DNA of 64,000 bases from an uncultured Erysipelotrichaceae bacterium (GTDB lineage: Bacteria > Bacillota_I > Bacilli_A > Erysipelotrichales > Erysipelotrichaceae): positions 2,502-66,501 of the forward strand of contig CALVGQ010000084.1 in the NCBI GenBank assembly GCA_944327135.1, written 5' to 3'. The notes below the pieces were generated by a model, which was not told the DNA's origin, searched no databases, and worked only from the letters and a program-made list of their open reading frames with translations. Every line of letters starts with the position of its first letter. Position 1 is the stretch's first letter. Positions 17,270-26,561 of this stretch are shown in pieces. The position numbers and the translations under genes are program-made.

Positions 17270-18643
17270 ATGTGGGATGCCATTTATCATCAGATCGTTT
17301 TTACAGCGGCAATTTCTGCAGCATTTACAGTGATTTTTGCCCTAGTGCTGGGAACAATCGCTTTTGGACTAAAAAAAAGCGGAAAAACCTCCTATTCCTT
17401 TTCGATTCAGCGCGGGGTTTTACCGTGTTTGTTTATGATTTATCTATTGACTGTGTTGGGACTGACGCTGTTTACTCGTAGCGGAACAATGGGAAATGCC
17501 GATTTGCATTGGTTTAGTTCATATCGCAATGCCTGGAATCGATTCAGTGCCGATTCCTGGAAGATGCCGCTATATAATATTTTGATGTTTGTCCCGCTAG
17601 GTGTCTTTTTGCCGTTGCTTCATCCTTCTTTTAACCGTCTATGGAAGCTGCTGATCTGGGCAGCGGCGATGACCCTGATGATTGAAACGGTCCAGCTGCT
17701 GACTTCTACTGGTGTTTTTGAAGTTGATGATCTGATGAATAATTTTATTGGGGCTTGGATCGGATGGGGGCTAATTAAAACAGTTTTACTTCTTCCGCAG
17801 CTTTATAAGGGGCCTGACCGTAAGTCAATTGTAAAAAAGATTTTTTTTGCATTATTGCCTTTTTTGATCGTAGTCAGCTTGATTTCTGCAATTTTTTGGC
17901 GCTATCATCATCAGCCCTATGGAAATTTTGAAAATGCTTGGATTTATCGTCTGGATCTGAGTGAAACCGTCTTTCAGGCTGAAACGGCACTCGATGCACA
18001 GGAAAGCATGGCATGGGTCTATCTGAGGGTCCATTTTACTCCCCGTGAAATGGAAATCTATGCTGAAAAAATCCTGGAGAAATTGAATTTGGAAATAATG
18101 CCGGTATTGGAAACCTCCAGCGATCAAGTTGTATTAGGAAAAGATGGAAAAAAAATCACGGTTTTTCCAGATGGTCAATTTGAATTGGAACTAGCTGAAG
18201 CAGCGTTAGCTTTTGAGCGCCAAGCTGCGCTAACCCTTGTGAATCAGCTTGGTTTTGAATTGAAAGAAGAATTATCGGTTTATTCTACTGCCAGTCAGAC
18301 ATGGGTCACCATTCCTTTTTCTTCAAAGGCTAATCCGGCAACTAACGGGACCGCAGTTTTAGAGGCTACTGAAACGCTGGAACTAGCTTTTTTTGGCTGG
18401 CATGTGCGGTTGGCCAACCGAGTTGAGCAAGTTAAAATCAAATCAGCTCAGGAAGCTTTCGAAGCGGTAAAAAGGGGAGAATTTCGATGGAATCACGAGG
18501 AGGAAATTCGAACTTTGACCCTGTTGGAATACGCGCTGGTCTATCAGCGGGATACAAAAAATTTCTATCAGCCCGTTTGGCAATTCACTGTTCGCATCAA
18601 TGAAAATACAACGATGTATCTTTTGATTCCAGCAGTAAAGTAA
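17270..18643 (+). CDS. VanZ-like membrane protein with a roughly 250-aa C-terminal extracytoplasmic domain of unknown function
   Basis: VanZ motifs NILMFVPLGVFLP and VFEVDDLMNNFIGAWIGW, with several TM segments. Start chosen at MWDAIY. Confidence 0.7.
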   Translation: MWDAIYHQIVFTAAISAAFTVIFALVLGTIAFGLKKSGKTSYSFSIQRGVLPCLFMIYLLTVLGLTLFTRSGTMGNADLHWFSSYRNAWNRFSADSWKMPLYNILMFVPLGVFLPLLHPSFNRLWKLLIWAAAMTLMIETVQLLTSTGVFEVDDLMNNFIGAWIGWGLIKTVLLLPQLYKGPDRKSIVKKIFFALLPFLIVVSLISAIFWRYHHQPYGNFENAWIYRLDLSETVFQAETALDAQESMAWVYLRVHFTPREMEIYAEKILEKLNLEIMPVLETSSDQVVLGKDGKKITVFPDGQFELELAEAALAFERQAALTLVNQLGFELKEELSVYSTASQTWVTIPFSSKANPATNGTAVLEATETLELAFFGWHVRLANRVEQVKIKSAQEAFEAVKRGEFRWNHEEEIRTLTLLEYALVYQRDTKNFYQPVWQFTVRINENTTMYLLIPAVK

Positions 18644-18679
18644 AGGGGAATGCGGAAGAAATTCCTCTTTTTCTTTTTG
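18644..18679 (+). terminator. intrinsic terminator after the VanZ-like gene
   Basis: AGGGGAAT / ATTCCTCT (one G-U pair) followed by TTTTCTTTTT. Confidence 0.6.
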
Positions 18680-18717
18680 TTTCTTTCTTCTATAATAATG
18701 CTGAGTGAGGGATGCTG

Positions 18718-20463
18718 ATGAAAAGCCGATATACCGATCAGATCGATCCAACGTGCCCATGTTCGGACTATCCTCGTCCGCAGCTGCAGCGCAGTGCGTG
18801 GCTTTGTCTGAATGGCCCTTGGAAGGCAGTGTTAAAAAGCCGGCGGGGAACTGAGCAGATGACATTGCTTGTGCCATTTTCGATGGAATCGAAAATTAAT
18901 GGCAATCATTCTCCGCTTCAGCCGGATGAGCAGCTGATTCTTTCCCGTGATCTGCCGATTCCAAAGGAATGGATGGGACAGCGGATCTTGTTGCATTTGG
19001 ATGCAGTGGATCAGCAAACAGAAGTTTTTGTGAATGGACAGCTTGTGGCTAATAGCCGCTGCGGCTATCTTCCCATCTGTGCTGAAATTACCCATTTGTT
19101 AAAAAGTGTTAATACATTGCAAGTGGTGGTACAGGATCCGACTGACTGCGGCAGTGGGTTACGTGGAAAGCAGAAGCTGCATCCTTCAGGAATCTGGTAC
19201 ACGGCTCAAAGCGGAATTTGGCAAACCGTCTGGCTGGAACCAGTTCCACAAGAATATATTGAAAAGATCCGAATCCGTCCGTTGTTGGACCAATCCGCAG
19301 TAGAGCTGCTGGTGATCTGTGAACATTCTCATCCGATATCGATTCAACTGGAAAATCGCGAGTTTTCTGGTTTCAGTAATACACCGCTGGTGATTCCTTT
19401 ACAAAATCCTCATCCCTGGACCTGCGAAGATCCGTTTCTTTATCCTTTTGAGATCAAAATGAAGAAAGATCGTGTCACGAGTTATTTTGGATTGCGCTGT
19501 TTCAGTGTAGAACAGGATGCGCAAGGAACGGCCCGATTGTGTCTGAATCATCAGCCGTTGTTTCAGGCAGGCTGTTTGGATCAGGGGTATATCAGCGATG
19601 GCATGCTTAGCTGGCCATGTGATCAGGCGATGATCGATGATCTGACTTTAATTAAGAAAATGGGGTTTAACATGATACGTAAGCATGTTAAAATCGAACC
19701 TTTGCGATGGTATTATCATTGTGATCGGCTCGGATTGCTGGTATGGCAGGATATGGTCAATGGCGGTGGCCGCTATTCACTGATGACGATTAGCAGCCCT
19801 CTGATTACAGGAGTGAGCTGGAAGGATCATCGTTATCGATGGTTTGCTAGAAAAGATCCAGTGGCAAGAAAAGCTTTCTTGGAGGAAATGGAACAGATGG
19901 TTGATCATCTGATTAACTGTGTTTCCATTGCCGTTTGGGTATTGTTTAATGAAGGATGGGGACAGTTTGATGCCCGTTTGGCATTTGAACGGATTCAGCA
20001 GAGGGATCCGACTCGGATTCTGGATCATGCCAGTGGCTGGCATGATCAGCAGATTGGAAATCTGAAAAGTCAGCATGTCTATTTTAAGCCATACCGTTAT
20101 AAGCCGGATCCTTTAGGAAGGGCCGTTGTTTTAAGTGAATTTGGTGGATATAATCTGAAAATAAAGGGGCATACAAAGAAGAAACGAAACTTTGGCTATC
20201 ATCGAATGAACAATTCAACCGAATTGGAGGAGGCCCTGACGCATCTGTATGAGCAAGAATTGCTTCCGGCTGTGAAGCAAGGTTTGGCTGCTTGTGTGTA
20301 TACGCAGTTTAGTGATGTAGAAAGTGAGCTGAATGGACTGGTTACTTATGATCGAATGAAAATCAAAGTGAATCCTGAGCGATTGAAACGACTTAATCAG
20401 CGGTTAATCGACGCGGGGTCGCAAAAACAGAACTTCCATAAAAGCACTGATGAAAAAGAATAA
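18718..20463 (+). CDS. glycoside hydrolase family 2 protein
   Basis: N-terminal YPRPQLQRSAWLCLNGPW and TIM-barrel NEGWGQFD motifs. ATG 18718 has better RBS spacing than 18712. Confidence 0.75.
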   Translation: MKSRYTDQIDPTCPCSDYPRPQLQRSAWLCLNGPWKAVLKSRRGTEQMTLLVPFSMESKINGNHSPLQPDEQLILSRDLPIPKEWMGQRILLHLDAVDQQTEVFVNGQLVANSRCGYLPICAEITHLLKSVNTLQVVVQDPTDCGSGLRGKQKLHPSGIWYTAQSGIWQTVWLEPVPQEYIEKIRIRPLLDQSAVELLVICEHSHPISIQLENREFSGFSNTPLVIPLQNPHPWTCEDPFLYPFEIKMKKDRVTSYFGLRCFSVEQDAQGTARLCLNHQPLFQAGCLDQGYISDGMLSWPCDQAMIDDLTLIKKMGFNMIRKHVKIEPLRWYYHCDRLGLLVWQDMVNGGGRYSLMTISSPLITGVSWKDHRYRWFARKDPVARKAFLEEMEQMVDHLINCVSIAVWVLFNEGWGQFDARLAFERIQQRDPTRILDHASGWHDQQIGNLKSQHVYFKPYRYKPDPLGRAVVLSEFGGYNLKIKGHTKKKRNFGYHRMNNSTELEEALTHLYEQELLPAVKQGLAACVYTQFSDVESELNGLVTYDRMKIKVNPERLKRLNQRLIDAGSQKQNFHKSTDEKE

Positions 20464-20503
20464 GGGTAAACAGCTTGCCCCGGCTTAAAAAAGGAGAAAA
20501 AGA

Positions 20504-22909
20504 ATGAAAAAAACCATAAAATTTTTAATAGGTGTGGCTCTGACTTTGTCACTTCTTGCCGGAATACCACAACCGGTTTTGGCGGAAGATCCCGGTTATT
20601 ATTATCAAAGTATCGATGTTCAAGTTCTGGTCAATGAAAAGCGGGAATATCAGATCACAGAAACGTTGCATGTTTATTTTGAAGAGGAGATGCATGGAAT
20701 CATTCGCAATATTCCCGATGAATCCAGTGCAGAAGGATATCTGATTCGAGATATTGAGGTGGAGGGCGCCCCTTATGTTGTCGAGGATACCTACAATGGA
20801 ATCGATGTTCGAATCGGAGATGCACAGAAAACCATCCAGGGGGAAATGACAGTGGTGCTGCGTTATACGCTGAAACATTATCAGGACTATGATGAATCGG
20901 CAGATTATATTTATTTGAATTTGATTGGTTCTGATTTTGATTGTCGAACAGAAAAGCTGACAGCAAGCATTACTTATCCAGAAGCGGCTGTTTTTGAAAA
21001 ATGTACGGTCACAGAAGGAGAATATGGGAATCTGGAAAATGAAAAAATAGAGGTATGGCAGGAAGCGAATACGCTTTATTTTGAATCCAATCGTTCGATT
21101 CAGCCTTATGAGGGCGTAACAGTTCAGATCCGTCTGGCTCCTTCGGCGTTTCCAGAAGCCCCGGAATATGTATTTCCTTATGTGATTAAAGAAAAAAACA
21201 TCACGGTGGAAATCAATGAGGAACAGGATTTTCAGGTTCATCAGACAGTCGTGCTGGAAGCAAATGAGAACTATGTCTATTATCCGCTTGATTTGCAGAT
21301 GGACGCTTTCGACTATGATGAACGAGTAGAGGTACGCGACTTTCAAGGAACTTTGGATGGTCGCCAGATTACCTCGGAATATTCAGTGTCGATCGATCAT
21401 CCAGGCGAACATGTGATTGATCTTCACTATGTGATCCATCCTTTTTCAATCCTGCAGGGGGATCTGGATTTTCGTCTTCAGGACAGTTATGAAGATACAC
21501 AGGTTCAAAAGCTGACATTTGCGGTTACATTGCCGAAAGTACGAACCTACGGGGTGACTTTTAACCGGTACAACGATGCTTTGGATTCGAGCCGATATCA
21601 AATCAAGGAGTCTTCCAATACGCTTCTTTTTGAGTCACGGTCTGTTTTACAGCCGGCGGAAGAGGCGGTTGTAACGGTTTATGTTTCTGCCGAGGATTAT
21701 TATCGGCCGCTTCCTCTTTCAATGATCCTGATTCCATCAGGGGCAGGATTGCTGCTTTTGCTGGTGATTTATTTGAAATTTTTCCGCTATCGGAATGCTG
21801 AGCTAATTGCGCCGATTACGTTTTATCCGCCGCAAGGGATCAATAGTGCCGAAGCGGGCTATTTGATCGATCAGCATCTTTCTGATGAAGACATGACCTC
21901 GCTGATTTTTGGTTGGGCTGCTCAATCAGCACTGCGGATTGAGGATATTCAGGGACATTATACATTGGTTAAAACGGATGATTTACCAGAAAGCTGCCCG
22001 GCTTATGAGAAAAAACTGTTTCGGCAAATGTTTGAATATGGTGAAGCTGGACGAGTTAGCAAAGATGATCTGGAGGGCGTTTTCTGGCAAGATATTGCTC
22101 GTGCTAAAATCGCGATCCAAAACAAATACAAGCGGGAAATTCCAATTTATGAAAAAGTAGTACAGCGGGTTTCCTGGCTGTGCACGCTGGCAGCAGTGGG
22201 ATTTCCGGTCGCAATGCTGATTGCTTTGCAGGCTTTAGATGGAGGGTTTGGATTAGGAATCGGCACCTTTATGATGACCCCGATCCTCATGGCTTTAGTT
22301 TGTTTTTTTATATCTATCAAAGTTCGGGAACAGATTGGAAAAGGTCTTATTCAGGGAATAGTGCTCTTGATGGCGATGATTCCATTGCTTGTTTTCTTGC
22401 TGATTTCAATGACGTTTGTGAAAGAATATCGTTTCTCTTTTTTTACGACATTAGGGGTTTGTGCTGTCACTATAGTGCTTGCTCAGACGATGCGGAAACG
22501 GACGAAACAAGGTAATTTTCTTTTAGGCCAGCTGACCGGTTTCAAACAGTTTCTTAAAACGGCGGAAAAAGATCAGCTTGAAATGCTGCTGGAAGAAAAT
22601 CCCGAGTATTATTATGCGATCTTGCCTTATGCCCAAGCATTGCATGTCACTAAGATCTGGGAGGAAAAGTTTGAAGGAATTGCGATGCAGCCGCCTACTT
22701 GGTATATCAGCAGTTCAGATGTCTTTGTCATGAGCAGTTTCTATCGATTTACACACGATTTATCTCGAGAGATGACGGCTGGAGCAGCTCGTCCGGTTTC
22801 TCATTCTTCGGGCCATTCCGGCGGCGGGTTCAGCGGCGGTGGCGGAGGTTTCTCAGGCGGAGGCTTTTCTGGCGGAGGAAGCGGCGGCGGCGGATCCCGA
22901 GGCTGGTAA
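20504..22909 (+). CDS. DUF2207 domain membrane protein with a Gly/Ser-rich C-terminal tail
   Basis: Signal peptide, large extracellular N-domain, TM bundle, and the terminal GGGFSGGGGGFSGGGFSGGGSGGGGSRGW tail typical of DUF2207. Confidence 0.75.
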   Translation: MKKTIKFLIGVALTLSLLAGIPQPVLAEDPGYYYQSIDVQVLVNEKREYQITETLHVYFEEEMHGIIRNIPDESSAEGYLIRDIEVEGAPYVVEDTYNGIDVRIGDAQKTIQGEMTVVLRYTLKHYQDYDESADYIYLNLIGSDFDCRTEKLTASITYPEAAVFEKCTVTEGEYGNLENEKIEVWQEANTLYFESNRSIQPYEGVTVQIRLAPSAFPEAPEYVFPYVIKEKNITVEINEEQDFQVHQTVVLEANENYVYYPLDLQMDAFDYDERVEVRDFQGTLDGRQITSEYSVSIDHPGEHVIDLHYVIHPFSILQGDLDFRLQDSYEDTQVQKLTFAVTLPKVRTYGVTFNRYNDALDSSRYQIKESSNTLLFESRSVLQPAEEAVVTVYVSAEDYYRPLPLSMILIPSGAGLLLLLVIYLKFFRYRNAELIAPITFYPPQGINSAEAGYLIDQHLSDEDMTSLIFGWAAQSALRIEDIQGHYTLVKTDDLPESCPAYEKKLFRQMFEYGEAGRVSKDDLEGVFWQDIARAKIAIQNKYKREIPIYEKVVQRVSWLCTLAAVGFPVAMLIALQALDGGFGLGIGTFMMTPILMALVCFFISIKVREQIGKGLIQGIVLLMAMIPLLVFLLISMTFVKEYRFSFFTTLGVCAVTIVLAQTMRKRTKQGNFLLGQLTGFKQFLKTAEKDQLEMLLEENPEYYYAILPYAQALHVTKIWEEKFEGIAMQPPTWYISSSDVFVMSSFYRFTHDLSREMTAGAARPVSHSSGHSGGGFSGGGGGFSGGGFSGGGSGGGGSRGW

Positions 22910-22927
22910 AATTCTGACATAAATCAA

Positions 22928-22960
22928 AAACACCTCAATACAATGTAATGAGGTGTTTTT
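22928..22960 (+). terminator. terminator hairpin after the DUF2207 gene; its 3' arm contains the dacF RBS
   Basis: AAACACCTCA / TGAGGTGTTT followed by TT. The GAGGTG in the 3' arm is the RBS for ATG 22962. Confidence 0.6.
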
Positions 22961-22961
22961 A

Positions 22962-24116
22962 ATGAAAAAATTAGCTTGTCTGTTTCTGGCTATCTGGCTG
23001 TGCTTTCCGACTCTTTCTATAAAAGCGGAAGAACCGGTGGAATTAACGCCTTCGGCATCTGCCAGCTTCCTGATTGATTTTGAAACCGGAACGGTGTTGT
23101 ATGAAAAAAATGCAGAAGAAAAACATTATCCGGCTTCCATGACCAAGATGATGAGCTTGCTGCTTGTCATTGAACAGCTGAATTCAGGAGCTTTAGATTG
23201 GAATGATGAGGTGACAGCCAGCGCGCATGCGGCTGAAATGGGCGGATCGCAGATTTATCTTCAGCAGGGAGAAGTAATGACGGTCGAAGAATTGATAAAA
23301 AGCTCAGCATTAGCCAGCGCCAATGATGCAATTACGGCTTTAGCTGAAAAGGTGGGCGGAACAGAGGAAAATTTCGTTGCTATGATGAATCAGCGGGCAC
23401 AGCAGTTGGGATGTGTCAATACTCATTTTGTAAATCCAACCGGATTGCATGATGAGGATCATTATTCGTGTGCTCGGGATATGGCCTTAATTGCCACGGC
23501 ACTGATTCAAGAAGGAGGACAGCAGATTCTACAGTATACGTCCAAATACGAAGATTATATTCGACAAGATACAGAAAACAAGTTCTGGCTGGTGAATACA
23601 AACAAGATGATTCGGACTTATTCGGGAATGGACGGATTGAAAACGGGCTATACTTCTCAGTCGTTGTATTGCATTACGGTAACGGCTTTGCGAGAGGATC
23701 TTCGATTGATTGCTGTGGTTATGGGGGAACCGACCAAAGAGCAACGAAGCGAGGAAGCCGCTGCTTTGCTGGATTATGGCTTTGCGAGTTATCAGATGGT
23801 AACGGATCTGGAGACGGGCAGCGTGATTTCCGAAATTTCTGTCGAGAAAGGAAAACCGGAACGTATCCAAGTCCAGACAATGTCCCCGTTGCGGCATCTT
23901 TCTAAAGTTAATGAAACCATTGAAATCGTAGACCAATCCTATACAATTACCCGTCATCGTGCTCCAATACGCGTGGGAGAGCCAGTGGGCAGTGTGACTG
24001 TACGCTACTCTGATGGTTATTCAGCCAGTGCAAAACTGACCGTAACAGAACCGGTACTCAGTCTGGGTTTTACTGATTTGCTGCTGCTGACTTTAAAAAA
24101 AGCCATTTTTAGCTGA
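22962..24116 (+). CDS. dacF: D-alanyl-D-alanine carboxypeptidase (PBP5 family)
   Basis: Signal peptide plus SxxK (ASMTKMMS), SxN (SAND) and KTG (LKTGYT) motifs. It lies immediately upstream of spoIIAA-AB-sigF, as dacF does in Bacillus. Confidence 0.8.
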   Translation: MKKLACLFLAIWLCFPTLSIKAEEPVELTPSASASFLIDFETGTVLYEKNAEEKHYPASMTKMMSLLLVIEQLNSGALDWNDEVTASAHAAEMGGSQIYLQQGEVMTVEELIKSSALASANDAITALAEKVGGTEENFVAMMNQRAQQLGCVNTHFVNPTGLHDEDHYSCARDMALIATALIQEGGQQILQYTSKYEDYIRQDTENKFWLVNTNKMIRTYSGMDGLKTGYTSQSLYCITVTALREDLRLIAVVMGEPTKEQRSEEAAALLDYGFASYQMVTDLETGSVISEISVEKGKPERIQVQTMSPLRHLSKVNETIEIVDQSYTITRHRAPIRVGEPVGSVTVRYSDGYSASAKLTVTEPVLSLGFTDLLLLTLKKAIFS

Positions 24117-24167
24117 TTTTCGCGGTTTTTAAACATTGATAGAAACGTGGGAAAGGCTTACAAAAAA

Positions 24168-24200
24168 AGAGTTCATTTGGAAATGAACTCTCTTTTTATT
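24168..24200 (+). terminator. intrinsic terminator after dacF
   Basis: AGAGTTCATTT / AAATGAACTCT followed by a T-rich tract. Confidence 0.7.
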
Positions 24201-24310
24201 TGGAATAAATTACAATTGATTTTCTTTTTTTAGCTCTTTTTGACAAGTTTTGTCGCAAAAAAAACGAGTTTGTTTTTTCTGTTCTACAATGGAAAAAAAG
24301 GAGGAATACT

Positions 24311-24634
24311 GTGAAGAGTATCGTCAAGGATGGAGTCTTGTATTTTGAGTTCTCCGATGAGTTTGACAATATGCAAATTTATCAGATCAAACCGTTAGTC
24401 GTTCAGTTGATTGAAAAAAATCACTGTCCAATTGTGAAGTTTGATTTTAAAGAAGTCACTTTCATTGACAGCACTGGGATTGGCTTTGTTTTAGCACGAT
24501 ATAACCAGATCCAGGCATACGGAGGAGAATTAATTTTGAAAAATGTGAATTCGATGGTGAGAAAGGTTTTCGCACTTTCAGGAATTTTTTCAATTATCAA
24601 GGTGGAAAACAGAGAAAGAAAAGGGGTGCATTAA
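24311..24634 (+). CDS. spoIIAA: anti-sigma-F factor antagonist (STAS domain)
   Basis: 107 aa with a GTG start after AAAGGAGGA. The phospho-serine motif context is FIDSTGIGFVL. Confidence 0.9.
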   Translation: MKSIVKDGVLYFEFSDEFDNMQIYQIKPLVVQLIEKNHCPIVKFDFKEVTFIDSTGIGFVLARYNQIQAYGGELILKNVNSMVRKVFALSGIFSIIKVENRERKGVH

Positions 24635-25063
24635 ATGAACAGCATGAGCATTGAATTTCAAGCAGAAATGTTCAACGAAGCTTTTGTCAGAACTGCGGGC
24701 ATCGCTTTTTTGATGCCCTATCATCCAACAGTGGATGAAGTAATGGAAATCAAGACGATTCTGGCCGAAGCAGTGGTCAACAGCATTATTCATGGTTATC
24801 CGGATCAGCCTGAAGGACGAATTGTTTTGCGTATGGAAGTCAGTGATGAAAAAGTCGTCACAATTATAGTTGAAGACCAAGGGAAAGGAATTGAAGATAT
24901 TGATTTGGCCCGGCAGCCCATGTATACGACCAGACGGGATTTAGAACGTTCTGGCATGGGAATGACCATCATGGAAACTTTTTCAGATGATTTTACGATT
25001 GAATCAACTTTGCATCAGGGGACCCGGGTAACCTGCATCAAAAAGCTGGGGAATCATGAATGA
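24635..25063 (+). CDS. spoIIAB: anti-sigma-F factor / serine protein kinase
   Basis: HATPase_c motifs (EAVVNSIIHGY, DQGKGIEDI, ERSGMGMTIME). It abuts spoIIAA. Confidence 0.92.
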   Translation: MNSMSIEFQAEMFNEAFVRTAGIAFLMPYHPTVDEVMEIKTILAEAVVNSIIHGYPDQPEGRIVLRMEVSDEKVVTIIVEDQGKGIEDIDLARQPMYTTRRDLERSGMGMTIMETFSDDFTIESTLHQGTRVTCIKKLGNHE

Positions 25064-25772
25064 TGTCTTAGAATTGATTCGTGAGGCTCAATCCGGCAAT
25101 GAAGAAGCTAGAACAATCCTGGTTGAAAAAAATATGGGGCTGGTTTATACGATCGTCAAACGTTTTCGTCAAAATCCAGCATACCAGGATCTGGTTCAGA
25201 TCGGCTGTATCGGGTTGATTAAGGCTATCAATAATTTTGATTTCCAATATAAGGTCGCGTTCTCTACCTATGCAATGCCGATTATTTTAGGAGAGGTCAA
25301 ACGTTATTTTCGGGATGAAGGACAAATGAAAGTATCCCGGAGCATCAAAGAAAATGCGTTGCGATTAGCGAAAATTAAGGAAGAATTAATACAAAGAAAT
25401 CAGCGGGAACCCAGCTTTGAGGAATTATGCGAAGCCAGTGGACTGGAAATGATGGATCTGGTTCTGGCAATGGAAAGCACTCAATTCTGTACTTCACTGG
25501 ATACCAATGTGGAACAAAAAGATGGCTCTTCTTTGCGCTTAGACGAAAAGATCGAAGATCCCGGGCAGCCGGATGTTGCTTTGCACTTGGCCTTACGGCA
25601 GGAAATTGGAAAGCTGGAACCACGGGAGCAGCTGCTGCTGTATTATCGTTACGAAAAAGAATATAACCAAAGTCAGATTGCCAAATTGCTGCATCTTTCC
25701 CAGGTCCAGGTGTCTCGCTTGGAGAATCGGATCTATCGAAAATTAAAGGAGCGCCTGCATCAGGAGGACTAG
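25056..25772 (+). CDS. sigF: sporulation sigma factor F
   Basis: Sigma-70 regions 2-4 (GCIGLIKAINNFD, YAMPIILGEVKRYFRD, SQVQVSRLE). It overlaps spoIIAB by 8 nt. Confidence 0.93.
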   Translation: MNDVLELIREAQSGNEEARTILVEKNMGLVYTIVKRFRQNPAYQDLVQIGCIGLIKAINNFDFQYKVAFSTYAMPIILGEVKRYFRDEGQMKVSRSIKENALRLAKIKEELIQRNQREPSFEELCEASGLEMMDLVLAMESTQFCTSLDTNVEQKDGSSLRLDEKIEDPGQPDVALHLALRQEIGKLEPREQLLLYYRYEKEYNQSQIAKLLHLSQVQVSRLENRIYRKLKERLHQED

Positions 25773-25819
25773 ACGGAACTTGTCTTCAGCTTCAGAAAAA
25801 TCGCGATGAAAATTTTGCA

Positions 25820-25846
25820 GCTGTATACGTTATACAGCGGTTTTCT
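25820..25846 (+). terminator. hairpin / terminator after sigF
   Basis: GCTGTATA-CGT-TATACAGC followed by GGTTTTCT. Confidence 0.55.
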
Positions 25847-25970
25847 AAACGAAACGGATCTTTCATTTGAATGTTTGATGAGCGAGTTCTAGACAGAATG
25901 GGGTAGAGAAATTTGACGAAAAGGCAGCTTTGGACAGTGTGTCAAATAGGATCGTTTTCTGAATGAATTA

Positions 25971-26004
25971 AAAAGGTCTGATATTTTTATTCAGACCTTT
26001 TTTA
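25971..26004. terminator. second, strong terminator-like hairpin in the sigF-spoVAC spacer
   Basis: AAAAGGTCTGA / TCAGACCTTTT followed by TTT, with an A-run upstream. Confidence 0.7.
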
Positions 26005-26074
26005 ATTCGGATAATCTGCTTGATGAAAACTGCAGAAAAGATCAGGATTCTTTCTAAACAGATTATGAATTTTT

Positions 26075-26105
26075 TGTAAGAAAAGCATCATTTAAGGACA
26101 TACTA
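26075..26105 (+). promoter_or_regulatory. candidate sigma-G-type promoter of the spoVA operon
   Basis: TGTAAG, an 18-nt spacer, then CATACTA (26099-26105). It lies 18 nt upstream of ATG 26124 and its AGGAGGG RBS. Confidence 0.45.
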
Positions 26106-26123
26106 CTGTCAGGAGGGCTTTTT

Positions 26124-26561
26124 ATGGATCAAAAAGAAATAAAATCGATTGTAGCTCAGCATCAGGTGCAAAAAGGATCCTGGATACGGAAAGCGACTGC
26201 CTTTTTTTCTGGTGGGCTGGTCGGTATGCTGGGACAAGGACTATTGGAATTCTATATGAATAGTCTCAACTTGACACAGTCACAGGCAGCAGCGCCCTTG
26301 GCAATGACGGTCATTGTCATCACGGCTTTAGCAACCGGGCTTGGTTTTTATGATAAATTGGGCCAAATTTGTGGAGCGGGCCTGTTTATTCCCATCTCCG
26401 GATTTGCAAACAGTTTGACTGCCAGCGCCTTGGAAAGCAAAAGCGAAGGATTGATTTATGGAATTGGCTGTAACATGTTTAAATTAGCGGGTTCTGTTTT
26501 GACTTATGGTATTGTGGCTGCATATACCTTGGGACTTCTGCGCTATTTTTTAAAAATTTAG
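26124..26561 (+). CDS. spoVAC: stage V sporulation protein AC
   Basis: Close match to the B. subtilis SpoVAC pattern (GAGLFIPISGFANS, SKSEGLIYGIG, LLRYF). Confidence 0.92.
   Translation: MDQKEIKSIVAQHQVQKGSWIRKATAFFSGGLVGMLGQGLLEFYMNSLNLTQSQAAAPLAMTVIVITALATGLGFYDKLGQICGAGLFIPISGFANSLTASALESKSEGLIYGIGCNMFKLAGSVLTYGIVAAYTLGLLRYFLKI

Noticed and set aside
20549-21346. A 265-aa antisense ORF inside the DUF2207 gene. Similar long antisense ORFs occur at 9451-10101, 29444-30010, 39150-39737 and 63193-63936.
   Set aside because: Each is antisense to a confidently identified gene. They have biased, low-complexity composition, no RBS and no recognisable domains, so they are shadow ORFs.
22789-22909. 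The Gly/Ser-rich repeat at the 3' end of the DUF2207 gene could have been a tandem DNA repeat or a contingency locus.
   Set aside because: It is an in-frame low-complexity tail characteristic of DUF2207 proteins. The underlying DNA is not a perfect tandem repeat.
24240-24290. A possible Spo0A box (TGTCGCA, 24251-24257) and promoter elements (TTGACA 24240-24245, TACAAT 24285-24290) upstream of spoIIAA.
   Set aside because: The hexamers are not at a workable spacing from each other. I could not find a sigma-H-type -35/-10 pair. A single 0A-like heptamer with one mismatch is expected by chance, so it is not reported as a feature.
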